Positions 10,313 to 20,700 of a stretch of 64,000 nt of DNA are shown piece after piece (position 1 is the first letter of the stretch; each line of letters starts with the position of its first letter). Source of the DNA: Candidatus Binatus soli (GTDB lineage: Bacteria; Desulfobacterota; Binatia; Binatales; Binataceae); the NCBI GenBank assembly GCA_002479255.1, contig DLMJ01000005.1:8664-72663 (forward strand), in the 5' to 3' direction. The translations under genes and the position numbers were made by a program. A model generated the notes under the pieces. That model was not told the origin of the DNA. It searched no databases and saw nothing but the letters and a program-made list of their open reading frames with translations.

Positions 10313-10867
10313 ATGCCCCATCGGGCTTTCATCGGAATAGGCAGTAATCTAGGCGATCGAGCCGCCAATTATCGCGAGGCGATTCAGCGGATCGCTGAGA
10401 TCCCGGACACGAGGATCGTGCGCCAATCCTCGATCTACGAGACCGAACCGATCGGCGATCTCAAGGGCGCGTTTCTAAACGGCGTCGTCGAAGTCGAGAC
10501 CGAGCTCCCCGCAGAAGTTCTGATGCGCCGCCTGCTCGCGCTTGAGCGGATCATGGGCCGCAAGCGCGTCAAGGGACGCAAGCAATCCCGCGGCAAGTAC
10601 CGGCCGCGAATCATCGACCTTGATTTGCTGTTCTTCAACAAGGAAACCATCGATACCCGAATCCTCAAAGTACCCCATCCCCGCCTTCATGAGCGCCGCT
10701 TTGTGCTCGCCCCCATGAGCGAGCTCGCACCCGCGCTGATCCATCCGAAACTCAACGCATCCATTTCCGAGATGCTCGCGGGACTTAAGTCGCCGTTTCG
10801 TGTTACTCTTGCACGAGCGGACCTGTTGAGGCCGCAACCGTCCAAACGCGAGGCATCCACCCGATGA
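10313..10867 (+). CDS. folK: 2-amino-4-hydroxy-6-hydroxymethyldihydropteridine pyrophosphokinase (HPPK)
   Basis: [24 protein letters not shown]...IIDLDLLFF...[19 protein letters not shown], canonical FolK motifs. ATG at 10313; the longer ORF from 10022 is an artefact. Confidence 0.85.
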   Translation: MPHRAFIGIGSNLGDRAANYREAIQRIAEIPDTRIVRQSSIYETEPIGDLKGAFLNGVVEVETELPAEVLMRRLLALERIMGRKRVKGRKQSRGKYRPRIIDLDLLFFNKETIDTRILKVPHPRLHERRFVLAPMSELAPALIHPKLNASISEMLAGLKSPFRVTLARADLLRPQPSKREASTR

Positions 10868-11514
10868 AATATTTTATCGACACCGCAGAGGTCGCCGAGA
10901 TTCGCGAGGCCGCCAGTTGGGGACTCATCGACGGAGTCACCACCAATCCATCCTTGATGGCGAAAACCGGGCGCCCGTATCACGACGTGCTGCGCGAGAT
11001 TTGCGAAATCGTCGACGGACCGATCAGCGCCGAAGTCATCTCGACTGAAGCGTCCGCAATGATCGAGGAGGGCGAAAAGCTCGCCAAGCTCCACAAAAAC
11101 ATCGTCGTGAAGTGCCCGATGATCGTCGAGGGCCTCAAGGCGACCCACGCGCTCGCCAAACGCGGCATCCGCGTCAACGTCACCCTCATCTTCACTCCGC
11201 TCCAGGCGCTCGCGGCGGCCAAAGTCGGCGCCTCGTTTCTGTCGCCGTTCATCGGACGGCTCGATGACATCGGACAGGACGGATTCGCGATCGTCGAGGA
11301 TATGGTGCAGATACTGTCGAACTACGACTATCCGGCCGAGGTGCTGGTCGCGTCGGTGCGCAACACGACCCATCTGCTGCGTGCGGCCGCGGTCGGCGCC
11401 GATATCGCGACAGTGCCGTTCGCAGTACTCAAGCAGACCCTCCATCATCCGCTGACGGATCTCGGGCTCGAGCGCTTCCTCGCCGACTGGCGCAAGACCA
11501 ATCAGAAGATCTGA
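10864..11514 (+). CDS. tal: transaldolase (short form) / fructose-6-phosphate aldolase family
   Basis: [31 protein letters not shown]...VKCPMI...[11 protein letters not shown]; 216 aa, typical type 3B transaldolase. 4-bp overlap with folK. Confidence 0.85.
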   Translation: MKYFIDTAEVAEIREAASWGLIDGVTTNPSLMAKTGRPYHDVLREICEIVDGPISAEVISTEASAMIEEGEKLAKLHKNIVVKCPMIVEGLKATHALAKRGIRVNVTLIFTPLQALAAAKVGASFLSPFIGRLDDIGQDGFAIVEDMVQILSNYDYPAEVLVASVRNTTHLLRAAAVGADIATVPFAVLKQTLHHPLTDLGLERFLADWRKTNQKI

Positions 11515-11679
11515 TTGCTGTTTCCCTCTTCTGTCGGATTCGCGCGACGCGGTTGCAACAAGCGCGGCACGGCTGAACAATCGAACCGGCCCTCCCGCCG
11601 CCGCTGGAAACTGGAATCTTGCACAGGGAGGCCGTAGACTCTATGCACAGGGGCTGGGCCCCTATATGGAAATTCCGGT

Positions 11680-14600
11680 TTGCGTGAGTCAGTCCATAGG
11701 GGGGATATGAACGGTCGCTCCGCCTTCAAGGTTCTGGGACTTGCCGGATTGGTGGCAATCGTGTTCGTCAGCACGCTGGCGCTCTTGGCCGGCGTGACGA
11801 TGCTTCCGGCGGCGACCACCGCCGCGCCGAGCGGCGCGCCGATTGCTCGCACTCTCGTCACGGATCAAATCGACGAGAACAATCTTGCCACGCTCGCGGG
11901 CAATACGCGTCCAGAAGCGACGGCGGCCAACGATCGCGGCCCGGTCGCGGATAGCTTTCCGATGGAGCACCTGTGGCTCCAGTTGCGGCGCCCTCCCGAG
12001 CAGGAACAGACACTCGACAAATATATCGATGGACTTACGGAACCCAAGTCGCCGAATTTCCATCAGTGGCTCACCGCAAAGCAGTTTGGAGAGCGCTACG
12101 GCCTGGCGCAGAAGGACCTGGCGGCGATCACGCGATGGCTCCAATCGCACGGCTTTACCATCAACCTGATCTATCCCAACAACGTGATCGACTTTTCCGG
12201 GACGGCCGGCCAGGTGCGCGAGGCCTTCCATACCGAGATTCACAATCTCGAGGTGAACCGTAAGAAGCACATCGCCAACATGAGCGACCCGCGGATTCCG
12301 GCCGCGCTGGCGCCGGCGGTAGTCGGAGTCGTGTCGCTGAACAACTTCATGCCGCATCCGATGAACAAGCCGCGCGCCGCATATACCTTTTCCGGCTGCG
12401 GCGATATCACAGGGACCGATTGTTGGGCGGTGGTACCCGCGGACTTGGCCACAATCTACAATCTGAATCCGCTTTTCGCGGCGGGTTATTCGGGCCAGGG
12501 ACAGACGATCGTGGTGATCGAGCCCACTGACGCGTACAACACCAACCCGGCCGGAACCGACAACACGGATTGGGATACGTTCCGCACGACCTTTGGCCTC
12601 TCAAGCGCCTACCCCAGCGGCTCTTTCACGCAGGTCCATCCGGCGCCCGGCACTGGCGGCGCCTGTAGCGATCCGGGCGTCGTCGCCAACGCCGAGTTCG
12701 AACCAATCCTGGACGCCGAATGGGCCAGCGCGGCGGCGCCTAATGCGGCCATCGAACTGGCCTCGTGCAAGAATACCACCAACTTCGGAGGTTTAATCGC
12801 CCTGCAAAACATTCTGAGCAACGGCGGCCCGGTCCCTGGGGTCGTCAGTCTCGGCTATGCCTGGTCCGAGGTGCTGGAGGGCGCGTCGGGGAACTCGAAC
12901 ATCAACGGCCTGTACCAGTTGGCGGCGTCGAGGGGCGTGTCGGTTTTCGTTGCGGCCGGAGATGGTGGCGCGGCGATGAGCGATTTCAACGAAGGAAATA
13001 ATGTCGCGCAATACGGGATCACCGTCAGTGCATTTGCCTCCACGCAGTATAATGTAGCCGTGGGGGGCACCGATTTCGGCGATACTTACGCCAACGCCCC
13101 CGCCGGCACATACTGGAGTGCGACGAACAGTTCCGACTATGGCTCAGCGTTATCTTACATCCCGGAAATTCCCTGGAATGACTCATGCGCCAGTGAGCTG
13201 ATCGCCGAGTACCTTTTTGTCAACTACGGTATCGGTGACGATTTCACTTATGGCTCGAACGGCTCCTGCAACAGCTCGATCGCCTCGCAGTACTCCCTCC
13301 TGAACACCTCCGCGGGCAGCGGCGGCCCGAGCGGATGCGCGACCGGGGCGCCATCGACGGGAGGTGTCGTCGGCGGTACCTGCCAAGGGTGGCCGAAGCC
13401 GCCATGGCAATCGGTCTTTGGCAATCCGAGCGACGGCGTGCGGGACATTCCGGACGTCTCACTGTTCGCGGCTGACGGAGTCTGGAACCATTACTACGTG
13501 GTCTGCTGGTCCGACCCGAGCCAGGAAAGCAACGGCGCAGCATCCTGTTCCGCCGCTCCCAGCGAGTGGGCTGGCGGTGGCGGAACCTCGTTCGCCGCGC
13601 CGATTATGGCCGGCATTCAGGCGCTCGTGAATCAGTATACTGCCAGCAGCCAAGGTAATCCGAATGCCACCTACTACTCGCTGGCCCAAACCGAATACGG
13701 CGCAAGCGGCAGCTCGACCTGCAACTCGGCACTCGGCAACGATGTGGCCGGCTCGTGCATCTTTTATGACGTGACCCAAGGTGACATGGACGTGCCATGC
13801 ACGGCGGGCACAAATAACTGTTACGACCCGTCAGGCACCTATGGCGTCCTGTCCACGTCGACTTCGGCGTATCAGCCCGCGTACGGAACGCAACCCGGCT
13901 GGGACTTTGCGACCGGAATCGGGACGGTGAATGCGTACAATCTTGTGAAGGCATTCGGCGCACTGGGCCCGACGCCCACCCCGACACCGACGCCAACGGC
14001 GACTGCGACCAAAACTGCGACCGTCACGCCGACCGCGACCTCGACCGCGACTCAGACCGCGACCCCGACGCCAACCACCACGGCGACGGCAACGGCAACC
14101 AAAACTGCGACCGTCACGCCGACCACAACTGCAACGGCGACAGCCACCGCCACGGCGACGGCGACCAAAACTGCGACCGTCACGCCGACCGCGACCTCGA
14201 CCGCGACTCAGACCGCGACCCCGACGCCAACCACCACGGCGACGGCAACGGCAACCAAAACTGCGACCGTCACGCCGACCACAACTGCAACGGCGACAGC
14301 CACCGCAACTTCAACGGCTACCAATACGGCGACTGCAACCGCCACTCGCACCGCCAGCCCGACCGCGACGCCCACGCCGACCGCAACTTCAACGGCTACC
14401 AAGACGGCGACTGCAACCGTCACGCCGACGGCGACCATGACGGCCACGCCGACACCGACGGCAACCGCGACGGGGGCGACTCCCACGGCCACTCGTACAG
14501 CCACCGCGACGCCGACTCCCACTGCCACTCAAACCCCGACTGCGACGCCGACTCCGACCTCGGCGAAGCTGACCATCAGTCCCCATTCGCTGGCATTCGG

Positions 14601-14916
14601 GAAAACGGTGAAAGTCGGAAATACCAGCGCGCCCAAGACGGTCACGATCACGAACGCGGGTAAGAAGAAAATACGTCTGGCGGTGAGCGTCGAGAGCTGG
14701 AACGCGTGGCCGCCGGTGTTCGCGGTCAAGTCGGAATGCGAAAAAACGCTCGCACCCGGCAAGAGCTGTAAGGTATCGGTGACCTTCACGCCGCCGGACA
14801 CGACGCGGCAGACTGGAAGCCTGATAATTTATGACAACGTGATCGGCTCGCCGCAGTCCGTTTCGCTGGCGGGAACCGGAAAGGCCAAGAAGAAAAAATC
14901 CCTACTGTCCCAATAG
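11680..14916 (+). CDS. secreted S53 (sedolisin/kumamolisin-type) serine-carboxyl peptidase with pro-domain, Thr/Ala/Pro-rich repeat linker and C-terminal beta-sandwich domain. Start may be at 11707
   Basis: N-terminal signal anchor; pro-kumamolisin-like activation domain ([12 protein letters not shown]...); S53 catalytic region with GQTIVVIEP...[18 protein letters not shown] (SGTSxAxP serine motif); long [18 protein letters not shown] linker; C-terminal domain [37 protein letters not shown]...CKVSVTFTP, resembling choice-of-anchor D / ASH-type beta-sandwich modules. Confidence 0.8.
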   Translation: MRESVHRGDMNGRSAFKVLGLAGLVAIVFVSTLALLAGVTMLPAATTAAPSGAPIARTLVTDQIDENNLATLAGNTRPEATAANDRGPVADSFPMEHLWLQLRRPPEQEQTLDKYIDGLTEPKSPNFHQWLTAKQFGERYGLAQKDLAAITRWLQSHGFTINLIYPNNVIDFSGTAGQVREAFHTEIHNLEVNRKKHIANMSDPRIPAALAPAVVGVVSLNNFMPHPMNKPRAAYTFSGCGDITGTDCWAVVPADLATIYNLNPLFAAGYSGQGQTIVVIEPTDAYNTNPAGTDNTDWDTFRTTFGLSSAYPSGSFTQVHPAPGTGGACSDPGVVANAEFEPILDAEWASAAAPNAAIELASCKNTTNFGGLIALQNILSNGGPVPGVVSLGYAWSEVLEGASGNSNINGLYQLAASRGVSVFVAAGDGGAAMSDFNEGNNVAQYGITVSAFASTQYNVAVGGTDFGDTYANAPAGTYWSATNSSDYGSALSYIPEIPWNDSCASELIAEYLFVNYGIGDDFTYGSNGSCNSSIASQYSLLNTSAGSGGPSGCATGAPSTGGVVGGTCQGWPKPPWQSVFGNPSDGVRDIPDVSLFAADGVWNHYYVVCWSDPSQESNGAASCSAAPSEWAGGGGTSFAAPIMAGIQALVNQYTASSQGNPNATYYSLAQTEYGASGSSTCNSALGNDVAGSCIFYDVTQGDMDVPCTAGTNNCYDPSGTYGVLSTSTSAYQPAYGTQPGWDFATGIGTVNAYNLVKAFGALGPTPTPTPTPTATATKTATVTPTATSTATQTATPTPTTTATATATKTATVTPTTTATATATATATATKTATVTPTATSTATQTATPTPTTTATATATKTATVTPTTTATATATATSTATNTATATATRTASPTATPTPTATSTATKTATATVTPTATMTATPTPTATATGATPTATRTATATPTPTATQTPTATPTPTSAKLTISPHSLAFGKTVKVGNTSAPKTVTITNAGKKKIRLAVSVESWNAWPPVFAVKSECEKTLAPGKSCKVSVTFTPPDTTRQTGSLIIYDNVIGSPQSVSLAGTGKAKKKKSLLSQ
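13975..14570 (+). repeat. Low-complexity Thr/Ala/Pro-coding region inside the S53 peptidase gene. It contains a near-perfect 159-bp tandem duplication (unit ~14011-14169, copy 2 ~14170-14328) encoding a 53-aa TA-rich segment
   Basis: Direct reading: aaaactgcgaccgtcacgccgaccgcgacctcgaccgcgactcagaccgcgaccccgacgccaaccaccacggcgacggcaacggcaaccaaaactgcgaccgtcacgccgaccacaactgcaacggcgacagccaccgc occurs twice in tandem. Confidence 0.8.
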
Positions 14917-14954
14917 CCACTTCCCTGACAGGGAGAGCTATTCGTTAGCGACGC

Positions 14955-16106
14955 TTAGTTCGCCGCTGCCGTGCGCTCGGCAATCAGCCGATCCAGCTCG
15001 GCGCGCAGCTTGGGCAGCACTTCGTCGTAGCCGAAATAACCGATCTTGCGATCTTTCTTCTTGAGATTCACCGTGGTCGGACCGCACCACAACCCAAGGT
15101 CGGCGTCATCGGTCTCGCCCGGCCCGTTAACCCGGCATCCCATCACCGCAATCGTGATCTTGTACTTCTGGGCGTAAGTCGTGAGTTCCTTGACCTGCTG
15201 CGCCAGCTCGACGAACTTCATGTTCTCGACCCGCGAGCACGACGGGCACGAGATGATATTGAGCCCCGTACCGAAATCGGGCACCGAGATGAACCTGCCC
15301 GCCGCGACGTCCTCGATAATCTTGTGCCCTACTATCACTTCCTCGTGCTTGCGCTCGTTGGGCAGCGTGAGCGAGACCCGGATCGTATCGCCGATACCCT
15401 GCGCGAGCAGCTTTTCGAACGCTATCCGGGTCTTGATGATTCCGTCGGGCGGCAACCCCGCCTCCGTGACGCCAAGATGGATCGGCACGTCCGGCCGCCG
15501 CTTCGAGAAGCGCCGATTCGCGTCCATCACCTTGTTGGGATCGGAATCCTTCAGCGACACGACGAAGCGCGTGAAGCCGAGCTCGTCCATCAGCTCGCAA
15601 TGGTACGCCGCCGACTCCACGATCGCGGCCAGTTGATCGCCCGGATACTTGTCCACAAACGCCGGCGCGACCGAGCCGCAGTTCACGCCGATCCGGATCG
15701 CGAGGTTGTTGTCCCGCGCCGCATCGACGATCGATTTCACCTTCTGCTCGATCGTCTTCGACTTTTCCATATGGTGCAAATGGCCCGGGTTGTAGCGAAT
15801 CTTGTCCACGTGCGGCGCAACCCGGCCGGCGATCTTGTAGTTCTCCTGCAAATCGACCGACAGCACGATTCCCTTCGTCTGCGCGCGGATTTCCTTGAGC
15901 GCCGGGATTTCCTTCTCGCTGTCCATCGCGATCCGGACGATTCCCGCGCCTGCCTTCGCCAACTGATGGGCCTGCGCGACTGTTTGATCGACGTCGATCG
16001 TCCGCGTCGCGCACATCGATTGCACCACGACCGGCGCATCGCCGCCGACCTTGGCGCCGCCGATCGTTATCTGCCGTGTCTTCCGATCTTTTCGTGCCTG
16101 ATCCAT
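14955..16106 (-). CDS. ispG: 4-hydroxy-3-methylbut-2-en-1-yl diphosphate synthase (GcpE)
   Basis: [31 protein letters not shown]...RIGVNCGS...ISCPSCSRV...[12 protein letters not shown], canonical IspG motifs. The ORF extends to 16208, but the conserved start is MDQARK (~16106). Confidence 0.85.
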   Translation of the reverse strand: MDQARKDRKTRQITIGGAKVGGDAPVVVQSMCATRTIDVDQTVAQAHQLAKAGAGIVRIAMDSEKEIPALKEIRAQTKGIVLSVDLQENYKIAGRVAPHVDKIRYNPGHLHHMEKSKTIEQKVKSIVDAARDNNLAIRIGVNCGSVAPAFVDKYPGDQLAAIVESAAYHCELMDELGFTRFVVSLKDSDPNKVMDANRRFSKRRPDVPIHLGVTEAGLPPDGIIKTRIAFEKLLAQGIGDTIRVSLTLPNERKHEEVIVGHKIIEDVAAGRFISVPDFGTGLNIISCPSCSRVENMKFVELAQQVKELTTYAQKYKITIAVMGCRVNGPGETDDADLGLWCGPTTVNLKKKDRKIGYFGYDEVLPKLRAELDRLIAERTAAAN

Positions 16107-16420
16107 TTCCACCGTTTGCTTTCGGCGAGCGCCACGCTTGCTTCTGACAACTATAGCAGACCGTCCGCTCGTATCGATAACAACTGCCCTTCGCGCCTTT
16201 GAGCGCATCGTTCACCGACGCCCCGAGCGCGTTTGCGACCACGAATTTGCGCTATGACTTTTCCCTTGCAATCGGTCAGCGTTCTCATTAAGTTCTTTTT
16301 CCGTCGATAATATTAGACGGAATGAGGAGTTGCATAAGAGATGTTGCTGGCTTCGCCCATCTCTCGCGGCCACTTTTGGACATTCAAGCTCTTCGCTCGG
16401 GGAGGAGAGGAAGCTGAGCA

Positions 16421-16867
16421 ATGAGTACCGTCGTCTCCACAATCGCTGCCGCCGATCTGCGTCCGTTTCCCGACGTTATCCTTCGCAGCCAGTTCTTCGA
16501 GATGGTCGGGGCGCGATCGTTCTCCAGCGAGCAGCGCCTGATGCTCGCGGTGCTGGCTGACGCGATCAACGTCGTGCAGGAATTCAGCGGCTCAAAGAGC
16601 CTGCGCAAACGCAACTCGTTTAACGACGCGTGGAACTGGTTCTTCACCAAGGGCGTCACTTCTCCGTTGTCATTTGACAACGTATGCGACGCGCTCGGCA
16701 TGGACGCCCGGGGCTTGCGATGGCGGCTGTCCGAACTGGTCGCCGGCCGCGGCGGCGGTCCGCTGCGCCTGCGGCTCAAGGAAGCGAGCCGGATCCAACG
16801 CTTGACGGTTAATCGACCGCGCCGGCGCAATCCGCGCAGGATGCACCGCGTCGATCCCGCCCACTAG
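16421..16867 (+). CDS. hypothetical protein (148 aa), no recognisable family
   Basis: ORF with protein-like composition, preceded by a lower-GC divergent intergenic region shared with ispG. No motif recognised. Confidence 0.4.
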   Translation: MSTVVSTIAAADLRPFPDVILRSQFFEMVGARSFSSEQRLMLAVLADAINVVQEFSGSKSLRKRNSFNDAWNWFFTKGVTSPLSFDNVCDALGMDARGLRWRLSELVAGRGGGPLRLRLKEASRIQRLTVNRPRRRNPRRMHRVDPAH

Positions 16868-17004
16868 CAACTAACACTCCGACTCAATCGCCGGATTCAG
16901 GCCGCGGGCCGAGAAGAAAAGAAACAAACGCCGCGCACGGTTTCATTCTTCCGCCGACTCCTGATACCAATTCGACTTCATCCGAACCAAGGGAGACCGA
17001 TGCT

Positions 17005-18216
17005 ATGGACCGTCCGCTTGAGGGCGTCAGAGTCGTCGAAGTTGCGATGTGGGTCGCAGGCCCGTCCACCACCGCCGTGATGGGCGACTGGGGCGCCGAC
17101 GTTATCAAGCTCGAAGACCCGGCCACCGGAGACCCGATTCGCGGCCTCGTTACGCGCACCATGGGCGATCCCAACGCGCGCATCCGTCCGCCGTTTGAAC
17201 TCGACAATCGCAACAAACGCTCGGTCGCCGTTGACTTGCGCCGCCCCGACGGCCACGCCTTCGCGCTCAAGCTGATCGAACACGCCGACGTCTTCGTCAC
17301 CAGCCTGCGCCTCGACGCCATCGAGCGCATGAAACTCGACTACGCGACCCTCTCCGCAAAAAATCCGCGGCTCATCTACGCGTCGATCAACGGCTACGGG
17401 CATCGCGGACCCGATCGCAATCGCCCTGCCTACGACTACGCCGCCGCGTGGGCGCGCTCGGGCCTGATGGCGACGATCGCCGAGCCGGGACAGTCGCCGC
17501 CTGGGCAGCGGCCCGCGATGATCGATCACGCCGTCGGCCTGGGTCTGGCGGGCGCAATCTCAGCCGCCCTGCTCGCACGCGAGCGTAGCGGCCGCGGCCG
17601 CGAGGTCAACATCTCGCTGTTCTCGATGGGCCTGTGGATGAACGCGTCGGATCTTACCATCGGCCTCATGACCGGCTTTTCTCCCCGATCCGAGTCGCGC
17701 ACCCAGCGCATTAATCCGCTGTGGAGTTCCTATCGATGCGCCGACGCGCGATGGATTTACTTCGTGATGATTCAGAGCGATCGCTATTGGCCGGATTTCT
17801 GCCTCGCGCTCGGCAAACCGGATTGGCTGAACGACCCGCGTTTCAAGGATTCAGTCGCGCGCGCGCAAAACTGCGCCGCGCTCACAGACGAAATAGATCG
17901 CGCGATTGCGGCGAGGAGCTGCGACGATTGGGCGCCGATTTTCGATCGCCACAATCTCATCTGGGCCCCTGTGCGCACCGACGCCGAAGTGCTCGACGAT
18001 CCGCAGGCCGAAGCTATCGGCGCTTTCGCCGCCGTGGACCATCCGAATATTCCCGGATGCCGCGTCGTGAACAGCCCCGTCGAGTTTGGCGACTCCCACC
18101 CACTGCCCCATCGTGCGGCCCCCGAACTGGGCCAGCATACCGAGGAAGTCGCGCTTGAAATGGGCCTGACGTGGGACGAGATCGCGCGTCTCAAAGCCTC
18201 CGGCGCCTTGGGTTAG
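17005..18216 (+). CDS. CoA-transferase family III protein (CaiB/BaiF/formyl-CoA transferase family)
   Basis: N-terminal LEGVRVVEVAMWVAGPSTTAVMGDWGADVIKLE and IxSLRLD...Y, typical of family III CoA transferases; 403 aa. Confidence 0.8.
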   Translation: MDRPLEGVRVVEVAMWVAGPSTTAVMGDWGADVIKLEDPATGDPIRGLVTRTMGDPNARIRPPFELDNRNKRSVAVDLRRPDGHAFALKLIEHADVFVTSLRLDAIERMKLDYATLSAKNPRLIYASINGYGHRGPDRNRPAYDYAAAWARSGLMATIAEPGQSPPGQRPAMIDHAVGLGLAGAISAALLARERSGRGREVNISLFSMGLWMNASDLTIGLMTGFSPRSESRTQRINPLWSSYRCADARWIYFVMIQSDRYWPDFCLALGKPDWLNDPRFKDSVARAQNCAALTDEIDRAIAARSCDDWAPIFDRHNLIWAPVRTDAEVLDDPQAEAIGAFAAVDHPNIPGCRVVNSPVEFGDSHPLPHRAAPELGQHTEEVALEMGLTWDEIARLKASGALG

Positions 18217-18317
18217 ATTTCCATCTGTACGATGCACCAAACCCGCTACTGACAGGCGATTTTGAACTTCGTGTGCAATCAAAACGCCATTATAAAACTG
18301 CACTTTCCTGAAAAGGT

Positions 18318-18347
18318 TTGACTCTGATGAACGCGCCTCCGTATGAT
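18318..18347 (+). promoter_or_regulatory. near-consensus sigma70-type promoter (TTGACT - 18 nt - TATGAT) upstream of the 18380 cassette
   Basis: Read directly: ttgact ctgatgaacgcgcctccg tatgat. Followed by a 6-bp inverted repeat cctccg...cggagg overlapping the -10 region and transcript start. Confidence 0.4.
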
Positions 18348-18379
18348 CTTTATCACCTGTCAGCGGAGGTCGCCTGCTC

Positions 18380-18910
18380 GTGCGAATGATTGTTCCTCCT
18401 GTCGCTCATCGCCGCGAAATCGATCGCAACCTCGCCGAATTTTTCCGCGGCCATCGCGCCGCGCATTTCAACCGCGCCATTTCCTCGATGTGCCGATACT
18501 TCAAACTGCGCCGCCCGCGTGTCAAATGGTTCGAGTATATCGATTGGGGCAAGACCGCCGGCCGCACCTACGAAGACGGCCGCATCCATCTCGTGCATCC
18601 CGAAAACTGGAAACGCGGACGCGTCTATTTCAGCGAGCGCCTGTGGATTCAAATGATCTACCACGAGATGGGTCATTTCCTGTTCTGGTCTGACGCCGAG
18701 CGCAAGGCCGACCTGTTCTCGCGCCGGATGGTGACCGGGCTTAAAGTCCCCGGCCGCCGTAGTGCATCGCGCTCGCGCATGCGGGCGGGAATCTCGAGCA
18801 CGCGTCGCGCTGCAAATCGCGTCCGCAAGCGCCGCCCGCGTATTTCGATCGCACGAAAATCGAGGCGCTCTGCGCGGATCGACGCTCGCAAATCTCGCCG
18901 GGTTGCCTGA
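18380..18910 (+). CDS. hypothetical HExxH-motif protein (putative zinc metallopeptidase-like) with an extremely basic Arg/Ser/Lys-rich C-terminal tail
   Basis: Contains IYHEMGHFLFW (HExxH) about 105 aa in. C-terminal ~60 aa are poly-basic (RRSASRSRMRAGISSTRRAANRVRKRRPRISIARKSRRSARIDARKSRR). Its stop overlaps the next start by 1 nt (TGATG). Confidence 0.5.
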   Translation: MRMIVPPVAHRREIDRNLAEFFRGHRAAHFNRAISSMCRYFKLRRPRVKWFEYIDWGKTAGRTYEDGRIHLVHPENWKRGRVYFSERLWIQMIYHEMGHFLFWSDAERKADLFSRRMVTGLKVPGRRSASRSRMRAGISSTRRAANRVRKRRPRISIARKSRRSARIDARKSRRVA

Positions 18911-19461
18911 TGCCGCAAAAGCCCAACGTCGAAAACCGCTGGTGGGTCGAAACCACCTTCAAGAAACCCAAAAAGGCCAAGTCCGAAACTGAGATGCCGC
19001 AGTTGCCGGTCGCGATGGCCTTTTACCAGGTCGCGCGCGATTACGATCAGGATCGCGCCAAGGAAGACCTGACCGACAACAACCTGCGCGTCGCGCGCGA
19101 GGCCAATCCTCCGCAGGGAGATTGGGCCTACGTCGCGATGACCGAGCAGCATGCGCCGCCCAATGTCATCAAGCGCGTCAAGGACGAGTTTCGCCTCCCG
19201 CGCGAGGCGCGCGGCATCGTAATCGATCACGGGCGCGTCGTGCGCCTGCTGATTTGCGGCCCGCAGCTCGAGGACTGGATGATCGACATCACGCTCGGCG
19301 AGGAGCCGTCGGTCGATGCGTACGTATGGTCCGTGATGCATCGCGAGCGAATCTTCCGCCGCGCCGAGGACGCGCTGCGCCAGGCGCGCAAATGGGCCGT
19401 CAACCTGCTCCAGTTCCCTCCCCAGCGCGACGAGCCCTTCCGCGGCTCCCTGCTGGTCTAG
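18910..19461 (+). CDS. hypothetical protein (183 aa) translationally coupled to the HExxH protein
   Basis: Diverse amino-acid composition with W/Y/K/E-rich segments (NRWWVETTFKKPKK...), unlike the R/L/A-rich antisense ORF 18673-19509. No family recognised. Confidence 0.45.
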   Translation: MPQKPNVENRWWVETTFKKPKKAKSETEMPQLPVAMAFYQVARDYDQDRAKEDLTDNNLRVAREANPPQGDWAYVAMTEQHAPPNVIKRVKDEFRLPREARGIVIDHGRVVRLLICGPQLEDWMIDITLGEEPSVDAYVWSVMHRERIFRRAEDALRQARKWAVNLLQFPPQRDEPFRGSLLV

Positions 19462-19523
19462 CCAAGCTTCGCGTTCAGGGTAAGCTCGATTGTGGACTTG
19501 ACCCTCCACCGCTCGGTTGCGCC

Positions 19524-20669
19524 ATGAAATACCTGTCGCTCGTGCTCATAAACCTGACCCGCAACAAGCGGCGCACGATTCTTACCACGCTGTCGATCAC
19601 CGTCTCGGTATTCATCTTCGCGTCCCTGATCAGCCTGCCGGGACTGCTCAACCAGGTCCTGCGCGACCGCGCCAACTCGCTGCGCCTGATCTGTCACAGC
19701 AAGGCGGGCTTCTACTATATGTTGCCCGAAGCGTATCGCCGGCAGATCGAAAAAGTTGCACACGTGGAGGCAGTGGCCGGCTACAGCGTCTTCATGGGAA
19801 CCTACCGCGATCCGAACGAGCAGATCGGCATCCTCGCCACCGACGACGATCATATCCCCGAAATCTTTCCCGATTGGGAAGTCAGCGCGGAAGCCGAACG
19901 CGAATTCAAAAGCATGCGCACCGCAGGCCTCGTCGGAGCCACCTTGATGAAGATTTACGGCTGGAAAGTCGGCGACACGATCATGCTGCGCGGTACGGTG
20001 TATCCGGTCGATCTGCAACTGACAATTGTGGGCGTGCTGAACGAGAAAGCCGCAGGGCCTCAAATTATTTTCAGGCGCGACTACATGGAAGAACTGCTGG
20101 GCAGGCCCGGCACCGCGAACCTGTTCTGGGTGAAAATAGACCGCTCGCAATCGGCGCCCGAGGTGATCGCCGCAATCGATGAAATGTTCGCCAATTCGGC
20201 GCACGAGACGGCCACCGAAACCGAAGTCGCGCTGATCAAGAGCGAGATGGCCGGCAATCTTGCCCTTCTGGTTAATGGCGCAAAATTTCTTGCGGTGATC
20301 GTGATCTTCACGATCGCGCTGGTCGCCGTCAACACGGCTGCGATGGCGGTGCGCGAACGGCGCCACGAGATGGCGGTGATGCGCGCGATTGGATTCACGC
20401 GCAACTCGATCATTGCGCGAATCCTCGTCGAGGGACTGGTCGTCGGCATGGCCGGCGGTGTCCTCGGATGCGCCTTGGCGCTCCTGGGATTCGAACTGTT
20501 GCCGCACGTTTCCGGAGCGCTCGGTCCGCTCGCGCTCTCCCTGACGCTATCGCCGCGAATCGTTGCCTACAGCTTCATGATCGCCGCCCTGATCGGAGCA
20601 GCCAGCGGGTTCATACCTGCGACTCTGGCCACCCGCGGCGACATTTCGACCGAACTCCGCGCCGTGTAA
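19524..20669 (+). CDS. ABC transporter permease, FtsX-like (MacB/LolE family); no ATPase gene adjacent
   Basis: MKYLSLVLINLTRNKRRTILTTLSITVSVFIF N-terminal TM, large periplasmic domain, then C-terminal 3-TM FtsX block (MAVMRAIGFTRNSIIARILVEGLVVGMAGGVLG). ATG at 19524; the longer ORF from 19122 is an upstream artefact. Confidence 0.75.
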   Translation: MKYLSLVLINLTRNKRRTILTTLSITVSVFIFASLISLPGLLNQVLRDRANSLRLICHSKAGFYYMLPEAYRRQIEKVAHVEAVAGYSVFMGTYRDPNEQIGILATDDDHIPEIFPDWEVSAEAEREFKSMRTAGLVGATLMKIYGWKVGDTIMLRGTVYPVDLQLTIVGVLNEKAAGPQIIFRRDYMEELLGRPGTANLFWVKIDRSQSAPEVIAAIDEMFANSAHETATETEVALIKSEMAGNLALLVNGAKFLAVIVIFTIALVAVNTAAMAVRERRHEMAVMRAIGFTRNSIIARILVEGLVVGMAGGVLGCALALLGFELLPHVSGALGPLALSLTLSPRIVAYSFMIAALIGAASGFIPATLATRGDISTELRAV

Positions 20670-20700
20670 GGCCCCTTCGAGGCCGCTCAGCCTCACGGTC

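Noticed and set aside
10687-11580. 297-aa minus-strand ORF
   Set aside because: Antisense to the transaldolase gene.
14208-14528. poly-Val/Ala 106-aa minus-strand ORF
   Set aside because: Reverse frame of the Thr/Ala-coding tandem repeat inside the S53 peptidase gene.
15127-16242. 371-aa minus-strand ORF and 292-aa plus-strand ORF across ispG
   Set aside because: Alternative frames of the ispG locus; only the 14955-16106 frame shows IspG motifs.
18673-19509. 278-aa minus-strand ORF overlapping the HExxH cassette
   Set aside because: R/L/A/D-dominated sequence typical of antisense frames, whereas the plus-strand ORFs have balanced composition, a promoter, and coupled start/stop. Still the least certain strand call in the window.
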